A DNA stretch of 63,246 bases, counting the filler, from Intoshia linei (Eukaryota; Animalia; Orthonectida): NCBI GenBank assembly GCA_001642005.1. It is 6 parts of 6 records of this genome, joined end to end, with 100 filler letters (N's around TTAATTAATTAA, not from the genome) between each part and the next. Parts side by side here need not be neighbours in the genome. Positions count along the whole stretch, not along the records: positions 1 to 31,008 come from LWCA01000346.1; positions 31,109 to 44,073 come from LWCA01001041.1; 4 more parts are not named here. One strand, written 5' to 3'. Below the pieces are notes generated by a model, which searched no databases, had not been told where the DNA came from, and saw only the letters and a list, made by a program, of their open reading frames with translations. The number at the start of each line of letters is the position of its first letter. Position 1 is the stretch's first letter. Below are positions 28,218-39,500 of this stretch, piece after piece. The position numbers and the translations under genes are program-made.

Positions 28218-30213
28218 ATGAGAATTTTGAATTCAATTCGATTAATGGCAGGTCCAGTTTACAGAAAAAAGAAAAAGAGCCTTCCAGGTCTAAAATCATT
28301 GAAACGTAAAAAAAATGTTTTATCAATAAAAAGAAATATGACAATATCAGAATTATCAAAATTAACTAACCGAGACACTCGATTGATATGTGAAATTTTA
28401 AAAATACCTTTATCACTATCAACGGCGAAAATGGACAGAATAATAGATATACAACGAATTTGTAAATTTTGTGGATATGCGACTAAAATCGAAGAAAATG
28501 AAAATAAAAAACTGGAAACGGAAAATGAAAATGAATATTTGAATTTGAAAACAGACGCCACCAAAGTGGTGGATCGTCAACCAATCGTGACAATAATTGG
28601 ACATGTAAATCATGGTAAAACTACGTTGTTAGATTCACTTCGAAATGCAAACGTGGCAGCTGGAGAGTATGGTGGCATTACACAACATATTGCAGCTTTC
28701 AGTGTGAACGTTGAAAGCAAGAATAAAAAGGTTACATTTATAGACACACCGGGCCATGCCGCCTTTTCAGTTTTAAGAAAACGAGGAATCCAAATTACAG
28801 ATATAGCTGTATTGATTGTTGCAGCAGATGATGGAGTAATGGAACAAACTTTGGAATGTATTAAATTTGTGAAAAGCGAAAAAGTTCCATTAATAGTAGC
28901 CATAAACAAAATTGATAGAAGTAAATCTAACGTCGAAAAAACAAAGCAACAATTATTTGAACATGGCGTAATTGGCGAAGTTTATGGGGGCCATGTTCAA
29001 ATTATTGAGATTTCAGCTAAAGAAAAGACTAATTTGAATTTGCTTTTGGAAGCAATTTTGTTAGAAAATGATTTAAACCCTCCTAAAACTGATCCTACAG
29101 TAGAAAATGCGTTTGGTTACATTTTGGAATCTCGTATTGACCCAGTAAAAGGAAAAATGACTACAATAATTTTAAATCAGGGAACATTGAAAATGGGTGA
29201 TTTTCTCATTTCAGAAACAAATTCTGGTAAAATTAAAAGTATATTTACTGATACAAATCAACAAATCGATACGGTTGGGGCTGGCATACCTGTTCAAATT
29301 TTTGGTTGGCAAGATTTGCCTAATCCAGGATATTCATTTCACAGCATTGACAATAAAACTAAGCTCAAAAAGTTACTTAACCTTCGTATTAAAAAAAGCG
29401 ACCATGAAAAATCTTTGATGGATCAACGTGATATAGACGCTAAACGAGAACTACACGACAAGATTCAAAAAGAAAAACGAACAAAATTAAATTCTATGGG
29501 ATATCATTATGTTTCAACTTCTAATGAAAATATACTCAATCTTTACAATACCTATATACAGAAAAATAAAAACTTTGAAGTAAAACCCAGGGTAAACGAA
29601 AATTGTGAAAAATTTCAATATAATCTCATCTTATACGGTATGTTCATCAATCGTACAATTCGCATGTAAAGTTTATTTAGCCGATACGAAAGGGTCGCTC
29701 GATTCTATTTTACAATCTTTGGATCTTTATCAAAACGATTTAATTGATATAAATATTGTAGAACACCATATAGGAAAACCTTCTACTCACATAATTGAAA
29801 TTGCCAAACTTTTTACGAGTAAGTTTTAACTTTTTTAATTGACATATTTATGGGAAATTTAATAATTTAGGTGATATTTGTAGTTTTAATATACCTTTGG
29901 ATTCCACTTTATTGGAAATGTCACGTGAAGAAAACATTATTATTAAAAATTTTAACGTCATCTATCATTTAAATGATTTTTTGAAAGAAAGAATGATGGA
30001 CATTATACCAGATAGACGGGAATGTGATATTTTGGGTATTGATTAAAAAATTTTAAACTACGTATTAAATAGGCACTTCAAAATTGCAAATGATTTACAA
30101 TGTTACGTTCAACAAGAAAAGGAAACTTGCCCTAGGCTGTCATATAGACACTGGACAATTTTTGTTTGACAAAATTTTCAAAATTACTAGAGATGGTGAA
30201 AAAATATATGAAG
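28218..30213 (+). CDS. MTIF2: Mitochondrial translation initiation factor IF-2 (last exon(s) not found before the spacer at 31009)
   Basis: RQPIVTIIGHVNHGKTTLLD, GGITQHI, TFIDTPGHAAFSVLRKRG, NKID. Exons 28218-29637, 29681-29818 (ADTKGSLDSIL), 29871-30035, 30073-30213 (ALGCHI...RDGEKIYEG). Basic N-terminal presequence. Confidence 0.93.
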
Positions 30214-30302
30214 GTATTCATGCACAGAAAATATTTTCATTTGTTCTGCTAATAACGAGTTATTTGGCTGACGATTTTTTAACATTCGTAAGTATGAAAG
30301 TA

Positions 30303-31008
30303 CTAGGTTAACTGTTATGTACTACGAACAAACATGACCTAGCTCTGCCGAGGGAACATTTTTATTATACTTAAAGAATAAATTTACGTTGAAAATCAAT
30401 TTAAAAATCCTACTATTTACTATCAATCCTTTAACGGAATGTTTCCATAATTTGTTTCAGGTGGAACCATCATATCATTACTTTTTACTTTAAAGTGAAT
30501 TATTCTATCTTAATTTTTTGTTTGTTAACATTTGCGTAAAGAATTTAAAAACAATTGTTATCCCATTTTTTTAATTTATTAGACGAATGTGTGTATAATA
30601 TTAAAAATAAAGTAAAAACAGTCCAATCCTAAAAATTGTCATAAATAGCATAAATTCCAAAAAAATAAAATTAGTCCAATACTAAAAATTGTCATAAAGG
30701 TGTGAGTTTTGGAAATTGAAATTTATATTATTATATGTAAAAATTGTCATAAATAGTATAAATTCCAGAAAAAATAAAATTATACAAACTTTTTGTATTT
30801 ATATCATCTGGAATTTTTGAATTGAATTAATCTTTTTCTTTTAATTTTTGGACCGTTAATTATTTCACATTTTTTGTTTTATTTTTGTTAATAAAATATT
30901 TCGGAAAAAATATATATGAATACTAAAATGTTTTTTTAACCGTGAAGTCGTCAGTTATTCGGATTGAAATTTTTTGTGTGTGTTAACAGGATACAACTGT
31001 ACCACCTG
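30303..31008 (-). mobile_element. Helitron family copy within a MTIF2 intron, cut by the spacer
   Basis: A|CTAGgttaactgttatgtactacgaacaaacatgacctagctctgccgaggg terminus at 30303. Collinear with 49900-51016 apart from deletions. Confidence 0.75.
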
Positions 31009-31108
31009 NNNNNNNNNNNNNNNNNNNNNNNNNNNNNNNNNNNNNNNNNNNNTTAATTAATTAANNNNNNNNNNNNNNNNNNNNNNNNNNNNNNNNNNNN
31101 NNNNNNNN
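31009..31108. other. Artificial assembly spacer (44N-TTAATTAATTAA-44N); identical spacers at 44074-44173, 51731-51830, 59990-60089, 61390-61489
   Basis: The same 100-nt structure occurs five times, and the 12-mer has stops in all six frames. Confidence 0.97.
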
Positions 31109-31879
31109 TCATGAACCAGGAGTGTTTAAATTAATTACAATTGGGGTGCCTAAGACTTATGTTGGGCACTGTACAATGTACATGTATTAAGATGTTTTAT
31201 AAAAATCAAACGAGATCTGTAATTTTTTAAAATGTACATTTTGACATTCTTAAAATGATACACGTTGATGAATGAACAATGTTCATTGAAGATTATACAG
31301 TTTAATTTCAAAAATGTATATCTTCATGATCAAAAATTCAAATTACCCATCCTAAATTATATAAAACTCTTTTTTTGTGAAAAAAAGATCATATTTAATA
31401 CTGTTTTTTCCAGTTAGAAATTATTAGAAATACAAAAAAAGTTTCAACGTTTAAAAAGCAATTTGCTTTTGACTTATTTTTTTTGGAAATTATTTCATTG
31501 CGACAAATAATTTTATATAATTAAATGGTGTAAAATTTCAAAATAAAAATTGCCTTGTCACGTTAGGAACCATTCCTTTAAAAGATTGGTAATAGTGAAT
31601 TGTAATATTTTATTTTTTTAAATCTAGTTTATAATACAATGTAAATTATATTTCAATGTTGATAACATTGTCCGATCCAAAATGAATAATAAAAAAAAAT
31701 GTGCATATCACGTGTATTTTTTTCTGGAATACATTTCTAAAATGTTATTTTTTATGATTTTTTAGGGTGTCTACTTAAATCAAAACATTTTTACTTAAAA
31801 TCAAAATTTAACAAGCCTTAAGGGATAAATCCATTTTTACAAACCTTATCGGGAAAATTCTAATTTTAACAACCCTTAA

Positions 31880-32111
31880 CCCTTTCACTGTCTGATGCAA
31901 TTTTATGTACTATCACGACACGTCTGGAATTTATGTTTTAATTTAAACTTGTATTATTTTTAAATTACCTATGTGAAAATGTATGAAAATAAAAGAATAT
32001 TATTTGTAATATTATTAATGTTATTTAAAATTACACTGTATATCATAGAATTCACAGACGTGTGAAGTGAAATTGCTGTGTATAGTATAGAATACACAGA
32101 CAGTGAAAGGG
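31880..32111. mobile_element. piggyBac-type MITE
   Basis: TTAA|CCCTTTCACTGTCTG ... CAGACAGTGAAAGGG|TTAA. A partial second copy starts at ~55098. Confidence 0.85.
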
Positions 32112-32624
32112 TTAAGAGAAAAATCCAGTTTTACCAACCTCATAGTGAAAATTCAAATTTTACCGCTTTAGTACTTGTTTAAACTGATGCTGAAACAAAT
32201 AAAAATTTTTAAAACAGAATTTAAAAAAATGTAATCATTATGAATTTTTCCGTCCATAAAATATTTTATATTCGCTTTATTAGATGTTTTTAGTGGTTTT
32301 CCTCACTCTCTAAGTATTTCCAACGGAAAATCAATTACATCACATTTTTTGATCTTAGAAAACATTTTTCAGCTGCACTTAATCAATTTCAGATTTGGTA
32401 AAAGTGGATTTTTATCTTAGGGGTTTATAAAATTGAATTTTTAGTAAAAATGATAAGATTTAAGTAAAATTAGTTAAAAAATCCCGCCTCGGCAGAGCTA
32501 GCTGTTGTTTGTACAAAGTAGATAATAGTCAAGCTAATATTATGATAAATTTCAATCCATGTGTAGTATAGGAAATTAAATTTCCTAACCACCATCATAA
32601 CATTTTAGTAGTCTAGATAAACAA

Positions 32625-34667
32625 ATGAAAATTAAATTAGAATACAAGAAAAAGGCAGCATATTGCATGTCATTTGGATCAATGGAGGTGCATGAATTTA
32701 ATGAAAAACAATTAATAAGTGCTTTGAGTTATTGCAACGCATTTATTAGTGAATCGGCGTTAAAAGAATATAAAACCAACGAAATCAATTACCCATTATT
32801 TTGTCAAATTTTTGAAAAATGCACACATGTGAATTACGATTACATTGAAAATGCATTATTAGAATTCAACTCACTATGCAAAATAAACAACATTGAAAAT
32901 GAAAAAAAGATGAAAAAACATAACAAAAATGACAATCAAAACTTGGAAAGTATTGAAAAAAATAATTTTTTAAAACTAATTCAAAATACAAATTGTATAA
33001 TCAAAGACAAAAGCCGTTATCACCAAATACCAAATAAGAAACGAATAAATGAATTTATAAATTATTTTTGGCTAAAGAATGATTCACCTGAATCAAAATC
33101 AAAAAACCCCCAAAATGGGATAAAAAATGTTTTAAAAAACATTAAAAAATTTGATAATAAATTTGAAGATTACTTGACAGATTTTGCTAATGAACAAAAC
33201 TTGATTGAATCTGATTTGGAATTTTCCACTAGATCTTGTACATCAGTGGATAGTGTACATTCAAAAAGTTCATTGACAAGTGATAAACACCATCGTTCAA
33301 AAAAATCTAGTTCCAGAACTACAGAATGTAGTCATGAATCAAGAAATAGTTTTAAAAGTCATAAGAGTAAATTAAGCGGATCAAGTAAAAATTCTCATAA
33401 ATCCGACCTATTAAATGTAAAAATATTAAAATTTCAAAATGCTTCAACAGATTTATATTTGGAGAGTAAAAATTTTGTAAATAGTATGAATCAATTGCCC
33501 CAAGAAAAACAGAATAGTGTACCTCAAATGAAAGGTTACTTTTTTGCAGTGGACCCAGAAAATCCAAAATACAATATTGATTCAGATAATGTATATAAAC
33601 AGTACATTGTTAACCATACATACCGAATTTGTGTGACGGAACCTTGCAAATTGTGGTTATACATGCAAATTTCGAATGAAAATTCACATTCATCTATCAA
33701 ATCGGCACATAATTTTATAGGTCAATTGGATGCAACAATGTTGGTTATACCCGAAAATTGTTTCCATAATTTTCAGCAAGGTAAAAAATTTAACGGAAAT
33801 CATTCAGACATTATTGTCGGAGTAAAATATGACGATAAAATTTACGCTGGAGGCTATTTTGAACAAGGAACCTATATAATAATTCCGTGTCTAGGAGGTT
33901 GTAAATTTAGACATTCTTTTGTTGAAGCAAGTAAACATGTTCAACTAGTCAGTTCAACTGCAAATGACGAAGATGAATGGAGTTTGACATTTGCATACAA
34001 ACAAGCTCTCGAAAAAATTTTTAGCATGTGTAATTACGATTCTAGTGGTGTTTTGTCACGTTCCGAATTTAATTTTTTTACAATTCAAACAAATGGTGAA
34101 CCAATCAATGACGAAGAATGGAATATATTGTCTGATTATATAAATATGCGAAATAATTGCATCAGTTTTGACGATTTTGTTAAATTACATCTTATTGAGG
34201 CCAATGATATGAACGGAGATGACAAGTCTTTTTGGGATAGTTTAGAATCAATGGGGTTTAATCGAGATTTATATTTGGTTAATTCGGTTGAATTTACTCT
34301 TTCAATTTATAGTAAAAATTCCATTACAGTTACAATTGAAAACTTGAAAGTTAATGATGATGTCGTGTTGGGAATTTTTCATTATTTAGCCAAGCTGGCT
34401 AATAATTTTGTTTCACTCAGTTTTGGTGTCACTGCATTTTTGTATCATAATGAAATTTTCGGTATATTGATTGTTGAAAATATTTCTACAAGTGATGTCA
34501 ATGTTTTTATCGATCTTTCTCATGAAAAGTATACTTATACTTCTATTGGACCCATGAGAAATACCATTCCTGTTGTAGCAAATTCTCTTGTTGATGTTAT
34601 GTCTATTTGTCCAAGTGATAATTTAAAACACAAGTGGAATCCTACCATCATAATAAGTATTCAATAA
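32625..34667 (+). CDS. EFCAB7: EF-hand calcium-binding domain-containing protein 7, single exon, 680 aa
   Basis: ALEKIFSMCNYDSSGVLSRSEFNFFTIQTNGEPINDEEW...LHLIEANDMNGD..FWDSLESMGFNRDL and GTYIIIPCLGGCKF match EFCAB7 C-terminal motifs. N-terminal KAAYC. Confidence 0.85.
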   Translation: MKIKLEYKKKAAYCMSFGSMEVHEFNEKQLISALSYCNAFISESALKEYKTNEINYPLFCQIFEKCTHVNYDYIENALLEFNSLCKINNIENEKKMKKHNKNDNQNLESIEKNNFLKLIQNTNCIIKDKSRYHQIPNKKRINEFINYFWLKNDSPESKSKNPQNGIKNVLKNIKKFDNKFEDYLTDFANEQNLIESDLEFSTRSCTSVDSVHSKSSLTSDKHHRSKKSSSRTTECSHESRNSFKSHKSKLSGSSKNSHKSDLLNVKILKFQNASTDLYLESKNFVNSMNQLPQEKQNSVPQMKGYFFAVDPENPKYNIDSDNVYKQYIVNHTYRICVTEPCKLWLYMQISNENSHSSIKSAHNFIGQLDATMLVIPENCFHNFQQGKKFNGNHSDIIVGVKYDDKIYAGGYFEQGTYIIIPCLGGCKFRHSFVEASKHVQLVSSTANDEDEWSLTFAYKQALEKIFSMCNYDSSGVLSRSEFNFFTIQTNGEPINDEEWNILSDYINMRNNCISFDDFVKLHLIEANDMNGDDKSFWDSLESMGFNRDLYLVNSVEFTLSIYSKNSITVTIENLKVNDDVVLGIFHYLAKLANNFVSLSFGVTAFLYHNEIFGILIVENISTSDVNVFIDLSHEKYTYTSIGPMRNTIPVVANSLVDVMSICPSDNLKHKWNPTIIISIQ

Positions 34668-35399
34668 ATTTTCACCTTTTTTGTTATTTTTTGTTTTTGA
34701 TTTGTGTTGACTGTTGAATCTTGAATCTTCATGACAGCTTTGGATAGAATTCATTTCCTGTTCTGTTAGATGAGAGTATTGCGGAATTTTTAGAATTCTG
34801 GGAAGATTAGGTATTGACTGAATGGTGAACCGCTCTACAAAGATTTTACATACCTTACATAAGTCCATTAATATATATTAAATATTTTATTTTGTAAATA
34901 TCCGGTTAACAATAATTATAATATAGTAACATAATATAATATAATACATAACTATATATATTATATTAAAAATTTTTCGTTGATACATTTAATTTCACTA
35001 GATCTCGCATTGCCGATTTAATTTGGAGCAAGTGCATTTCAAACTGTTTTTGTAGCAAAAAACAATTTGTTGTGATGTTTTCAACAATGTAAATGGTCCA
35101 GATACTTTATCCTATGACGAATCTATCATACATGAGGTCACCAAAAATAAAAGTAGCCCCTAAAAAAATTAACAAATAATTCTAGTGCTGTATAACCCGG
35201 TCCACCTCTCCACAGATCTAAAGTCCAGACTAGACTTTTACTTTTTAAATTTGACACACTTAATAGTTGATCTTCTAAAATTTCATTCTTTCTTACAACT
35301 GTGTCAAAAGTATGATATTATTCGACAGTTGGTTCGATTATAACCTTTAAGATACAGAGTTAGATAGACCTTTAAGATAACAGAGATAAATTATCAATG

Positions 35400-36393
35400 A
35401 TAATATATTAAAAATTATTTTTTATCGGGAATGCGTAGATTTCTGGGCTTGACATTTTGTATTTATATCAATTGGAATAAGCTTTATCAGAATAATTTTT
35501 TTTTTAATTTTCGGACCGTTAATTATTTCACATTTTTTGTTTTAATAAAATATTTGGGAAAAAAAAATATGAATACTAAAATGCTTTTTTGACCGTGAAA
35601 TCGTCACTTATTGAGATTGAAAATTTTTGTGTGTGTTAATAGGATACAACTGTACCACCTGTACATTTTTTAAATTCTAGCGCTGTTTTTTCATAAAAAA
35701 GGGTGATTTGGGATTTTGCCTCAAAGATATAATTTTTTAAATTTAAATTATGATAATGTTTATGATTTTAAAATCCGCATCAGTATATATTATTTTTTTA
35801 AATTCTCCAACTTGTTTGATTTTTAAAAAAAAAGGACAATTGGGGTTTTTATCGTAAAAATGGACATTTTTGAAGTTTCAATATATATTAATGTTGATAA
35901 TTTAAAAACTATGTCATTATTTATGTTTATAAAATTCTAGGGTTTATTTTATTTTAAAAAAAAATTGGTAATTTGTGGTTTTGTCTATGAAGATGTAAAT
36001 TTATGAGGTTGAGATTTATGAAAAAATTAATAATTTTAAACGCATTACAGAATTTATGTTTTTAAACTTGTATGCTAGCTTTTTTTAAAAAAAAGGGAAA
36101 GGAAGGAAACGATTTCTGAAAATCAAACTTGCATAAATATACCACTCTCGAAAAATAGAATTAGTGATTGGGTTTTTTAAATTCTAGGACTGTTAATTTA
36201 TTAAATAAACTGTAACACACCTCAGACACACATACATCTGTATTTAATTTTATATACTTTAAGTAAAATTTCTAATAATTATAATCAAATACATTGTAGA
36301 ACAAACTATATAATTTACTAGACATTGCAATTTATTAAATCGTCGAGATACATTACGTTATATGTAATGTATATAATATAGATGTAAGTAAGG
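35400..36393 (-). mobile_element. Helitron family copy (5' part)
   Basis: Collinear with 50750-51382. Ends near taagtaagga (reverse complement TCCTTACTTA 5' terminus), with a CA/GACA repeat at ~36215-36235. Confidence 0.65.
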
Positions 36394-36545
36394 ATATAAA
36401 TATCAATCACATCAAGAATATTTAATAAAATTAAATATAATTTGAATTTTCAAAGAATTGACTTTGCCAAATCTTGCAATAATTAAATTTTGTTTTAATA
36501 TGTGAATACATACAAATAATTTGTAATATGTACTATGCATAGGTA

Positions 36546-39500
36546 TTATGTACAAGTAGAACAGCAGACATCTTTAACTTCTTGATTTGTACAGTATCCC
36601 AAATCAAAAGCAACTTGACAAAGAATCCATTCATACATACCCAAGATGTCGACATGTACAATAGCAGTTGTACTCTCATAACATGCTATATTTAATAGTT
36701 AACTTTATAGTAAAATTATTATATACTCAAGTGGCATAGATTGCATGTCAATTTGCAATGTTTAAACATTTCCAACCCAAAACTATTCGTGTTGCATAAA
36801 TCTTTAATAGCATTGCAATCATCAAATGAATCCGCACAATTAGCTAAAATTATGTTATATTTTTACACATATTTGTAGTTAACATTAATTTGTTGACATT
36901 TATTTAAACAGGACTTTTAAAACTTTTGAATACCAAGTCGTGACGTTTATTATTATAAAAACTATTAATAAAATCTCTAAACACCAGTAAAATTAATTTA
37001 GAGTTGTGCTAAGATTATTACAAAAACTAGCTTGACTGTTATGTATTTCGTACAAAAAACAGATAGCTCTAGCAAGGGTGAATTTTTTTAATTATACCAA
37101 AAAATTAAATAAAATCCTTTACTAATATAAAATGTAATATTTGTGGTGTGACTGTCTGTGTGTTACTGTATATTTTTTTTAATTCTAGGAATATTACTTA
37201 TTGAATATTGTTAATTTCAAATGATTTTAAACACGACGCAGAATTTATGTTTTTTTAAATTTTAGGGCTCATATTATTTTAAAAACAAGGGCAAATTGGG
37301 TTTTGACCATGAAAGACTGAATTGCGGAAAATGTAACATATATAAAAACATCACCCTTAAAACACTGTACTAGAAATTTGGTTTGTTTAAATTCTTCGTT
37401 ATATCTATATTCTCTGTTAATTGTTTACATAATAGGTAATACACAGATACAGACATTCAATTTTATATATGTAAAGGATGCAACTATAATTTTAAGGCCA
37501 AAATTTTTATCTTATACTTGCTCAATTTTCATTAAATCAAAATGTGAATACCTTGGCTAAATCCGGATTGGATGACATTCTTAACATTTTTAATCTTTTA
37601 CTCATATTAAATTGAATGTGTGTATGTGTCTGTGTGTTATCTATTATTTAAAAAATTAACAGTCGTAGAATTTAATGAAACCCAATTTCTAATATCATTT
37701 TTCTCGAGTGATGTCTATATCTATGTTTCCATTTCCGAAATTGTATCCTTCAGTGTCAAAAAACTAATTTTCCCTTTTTTCAAAATAAAATCAACCCTAA
37801 ATTTAAAAAAACATGAATTCTAGAATAGTTTTTAGAATTATAAGAATTATCATAAATGGCAACCTCCACAAAGTGCATTTTCACGATCAAACACCAGATT
37901 ATTTGTTTTTTTTAAAAATAAACAATCCTATAATTTAAAAAACATTTATAGCTGATACAGTTATATCCAGTTAACCCTCATACAAATTTTCAATCTGACA
38001 AAGTGACCGAAAAGGTAGACCCTTGCAGAGCTTGCTGCTGTTTGTATAAGTATATATACAAGTACTGGATTGTAATAAATATAAAAATGATAATAACAAA
38101 GTTGTATTACTTTTAGTAATCGTTGTTGTAGTGTTATTTTAAATGTAAATAAAATGTTTTGAAAATGATAATTTGCGATTGAAAAATTGCGAAGGAATGA
38201 ATTATATAGACTTTCACCCATATGTATTTATTGGAAATGTGTAGATGTTCAATGCACATTTTTTTTGAAATGGTAGGATCAACATTTACATTTTCTATTT
38301 TTATTTTAATCGAAATATTTGAAAAATATTGGTTGATAATATATTAAAAATTATTTTTCATCGGAAATGTGTAGATTTCTCGGGTTGAACTTTTGTATTT
38401 ATATCAACTGGAATAAGCTCTATTAGAATAATCTTTTCTTTTTTTTAATTTTCGGTATATAAAAAAAATAGATAAATGCTAAAATGGTTTTTTGACCGTA
38501 AAGTTATCACTTATTCGGATTGAAATTTTTTCTGTGTGTTAACAGGATACAACTGTACGACCTGTAAATTTTTTTAAATTTTAGGGCTGTTTTCATTAAA
38601 AAAAGAGGGGTAATTTGGGGTTTTGGCCCTGAAGATATAATTTTTTAAAATTTAAATTTATGGTTATGTTTATGATTTTAAAATTCGCATCAGCGTATAT
38701 ATTTTTTTAAATTCTCCAACTCGTTTGATTTTCAAAAAGAGGAACAACTGGGGCTTTTGACCCATAATATGTGAAATTAGGAAGTTGAAATTTATCTTAT
38801 TATACGTCTCATAAAACACTGTAATTGAAATGTGGTCTTTATAAAATTCTAAAACCGGTAGTTATTAAAATAAACAGTAACACACATACACTAACAATAT
38901 TGCATAGCATATTATATAAGTAAGGATATGCAACAGTCAAGCCAGTACTAAATAAAAACGGATAATATCAAACACGTAAAGAATATTAAAGAATATGAAA
39001 ACTCTTAAAGATATAAAAATTATAATAATATAAGTGAGCGCATAATGTAACGCATTGCTCAGTTTTCTTTAATCATTTATCAAATTTTACTATATGTACC
39101 TTTCATGCATATCAATCCACAATTTAAGTTCATGTAGTCATTATGTAGATAACAAAAATTGTAAGATGATTTTAAATCATTGCATATATTTTGAACTAGA
39201 CATACATTTATCATTTAAAATAAAAAATTACCTGTTGAATCGGTTGAAATTGTGGTTGATGAAACTGGTGTTGTAGTTGAAGGCGTAGTTGGCGTCGTTG
39301 TAGTTGTAGTAGATGTACTGCTCGATGAAGTTTCAGTTGGTACAGTCGAAGGAGTTGTAATGGGAGAAGTAGTGGAACTCGTAGTAGTAGTAGTAGATGT
39401 ACTGCTTGATGAAGTTTCAGTTGATATAGTCGAAGGAGTTGTAATGGGAGAAGTAGTAGAACTGGTTGTAGTTGTAGAAGTACTCGTGCTTGGTATTGTG

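Noticed and set aside
31780-32170. Regularly spaced ~30-bp units as a CRISPR-like array
   Set aside because: The units are degenerate contiguous tandem repeats without unique spacers, in a eukaryotic context with no cas genes.
34623-35160. Minus-strand ORF overlapping the EFCAB7 3' end
   Set aside because: No recognisable motif, and upstream candidate exons contain stops in all frames tried.
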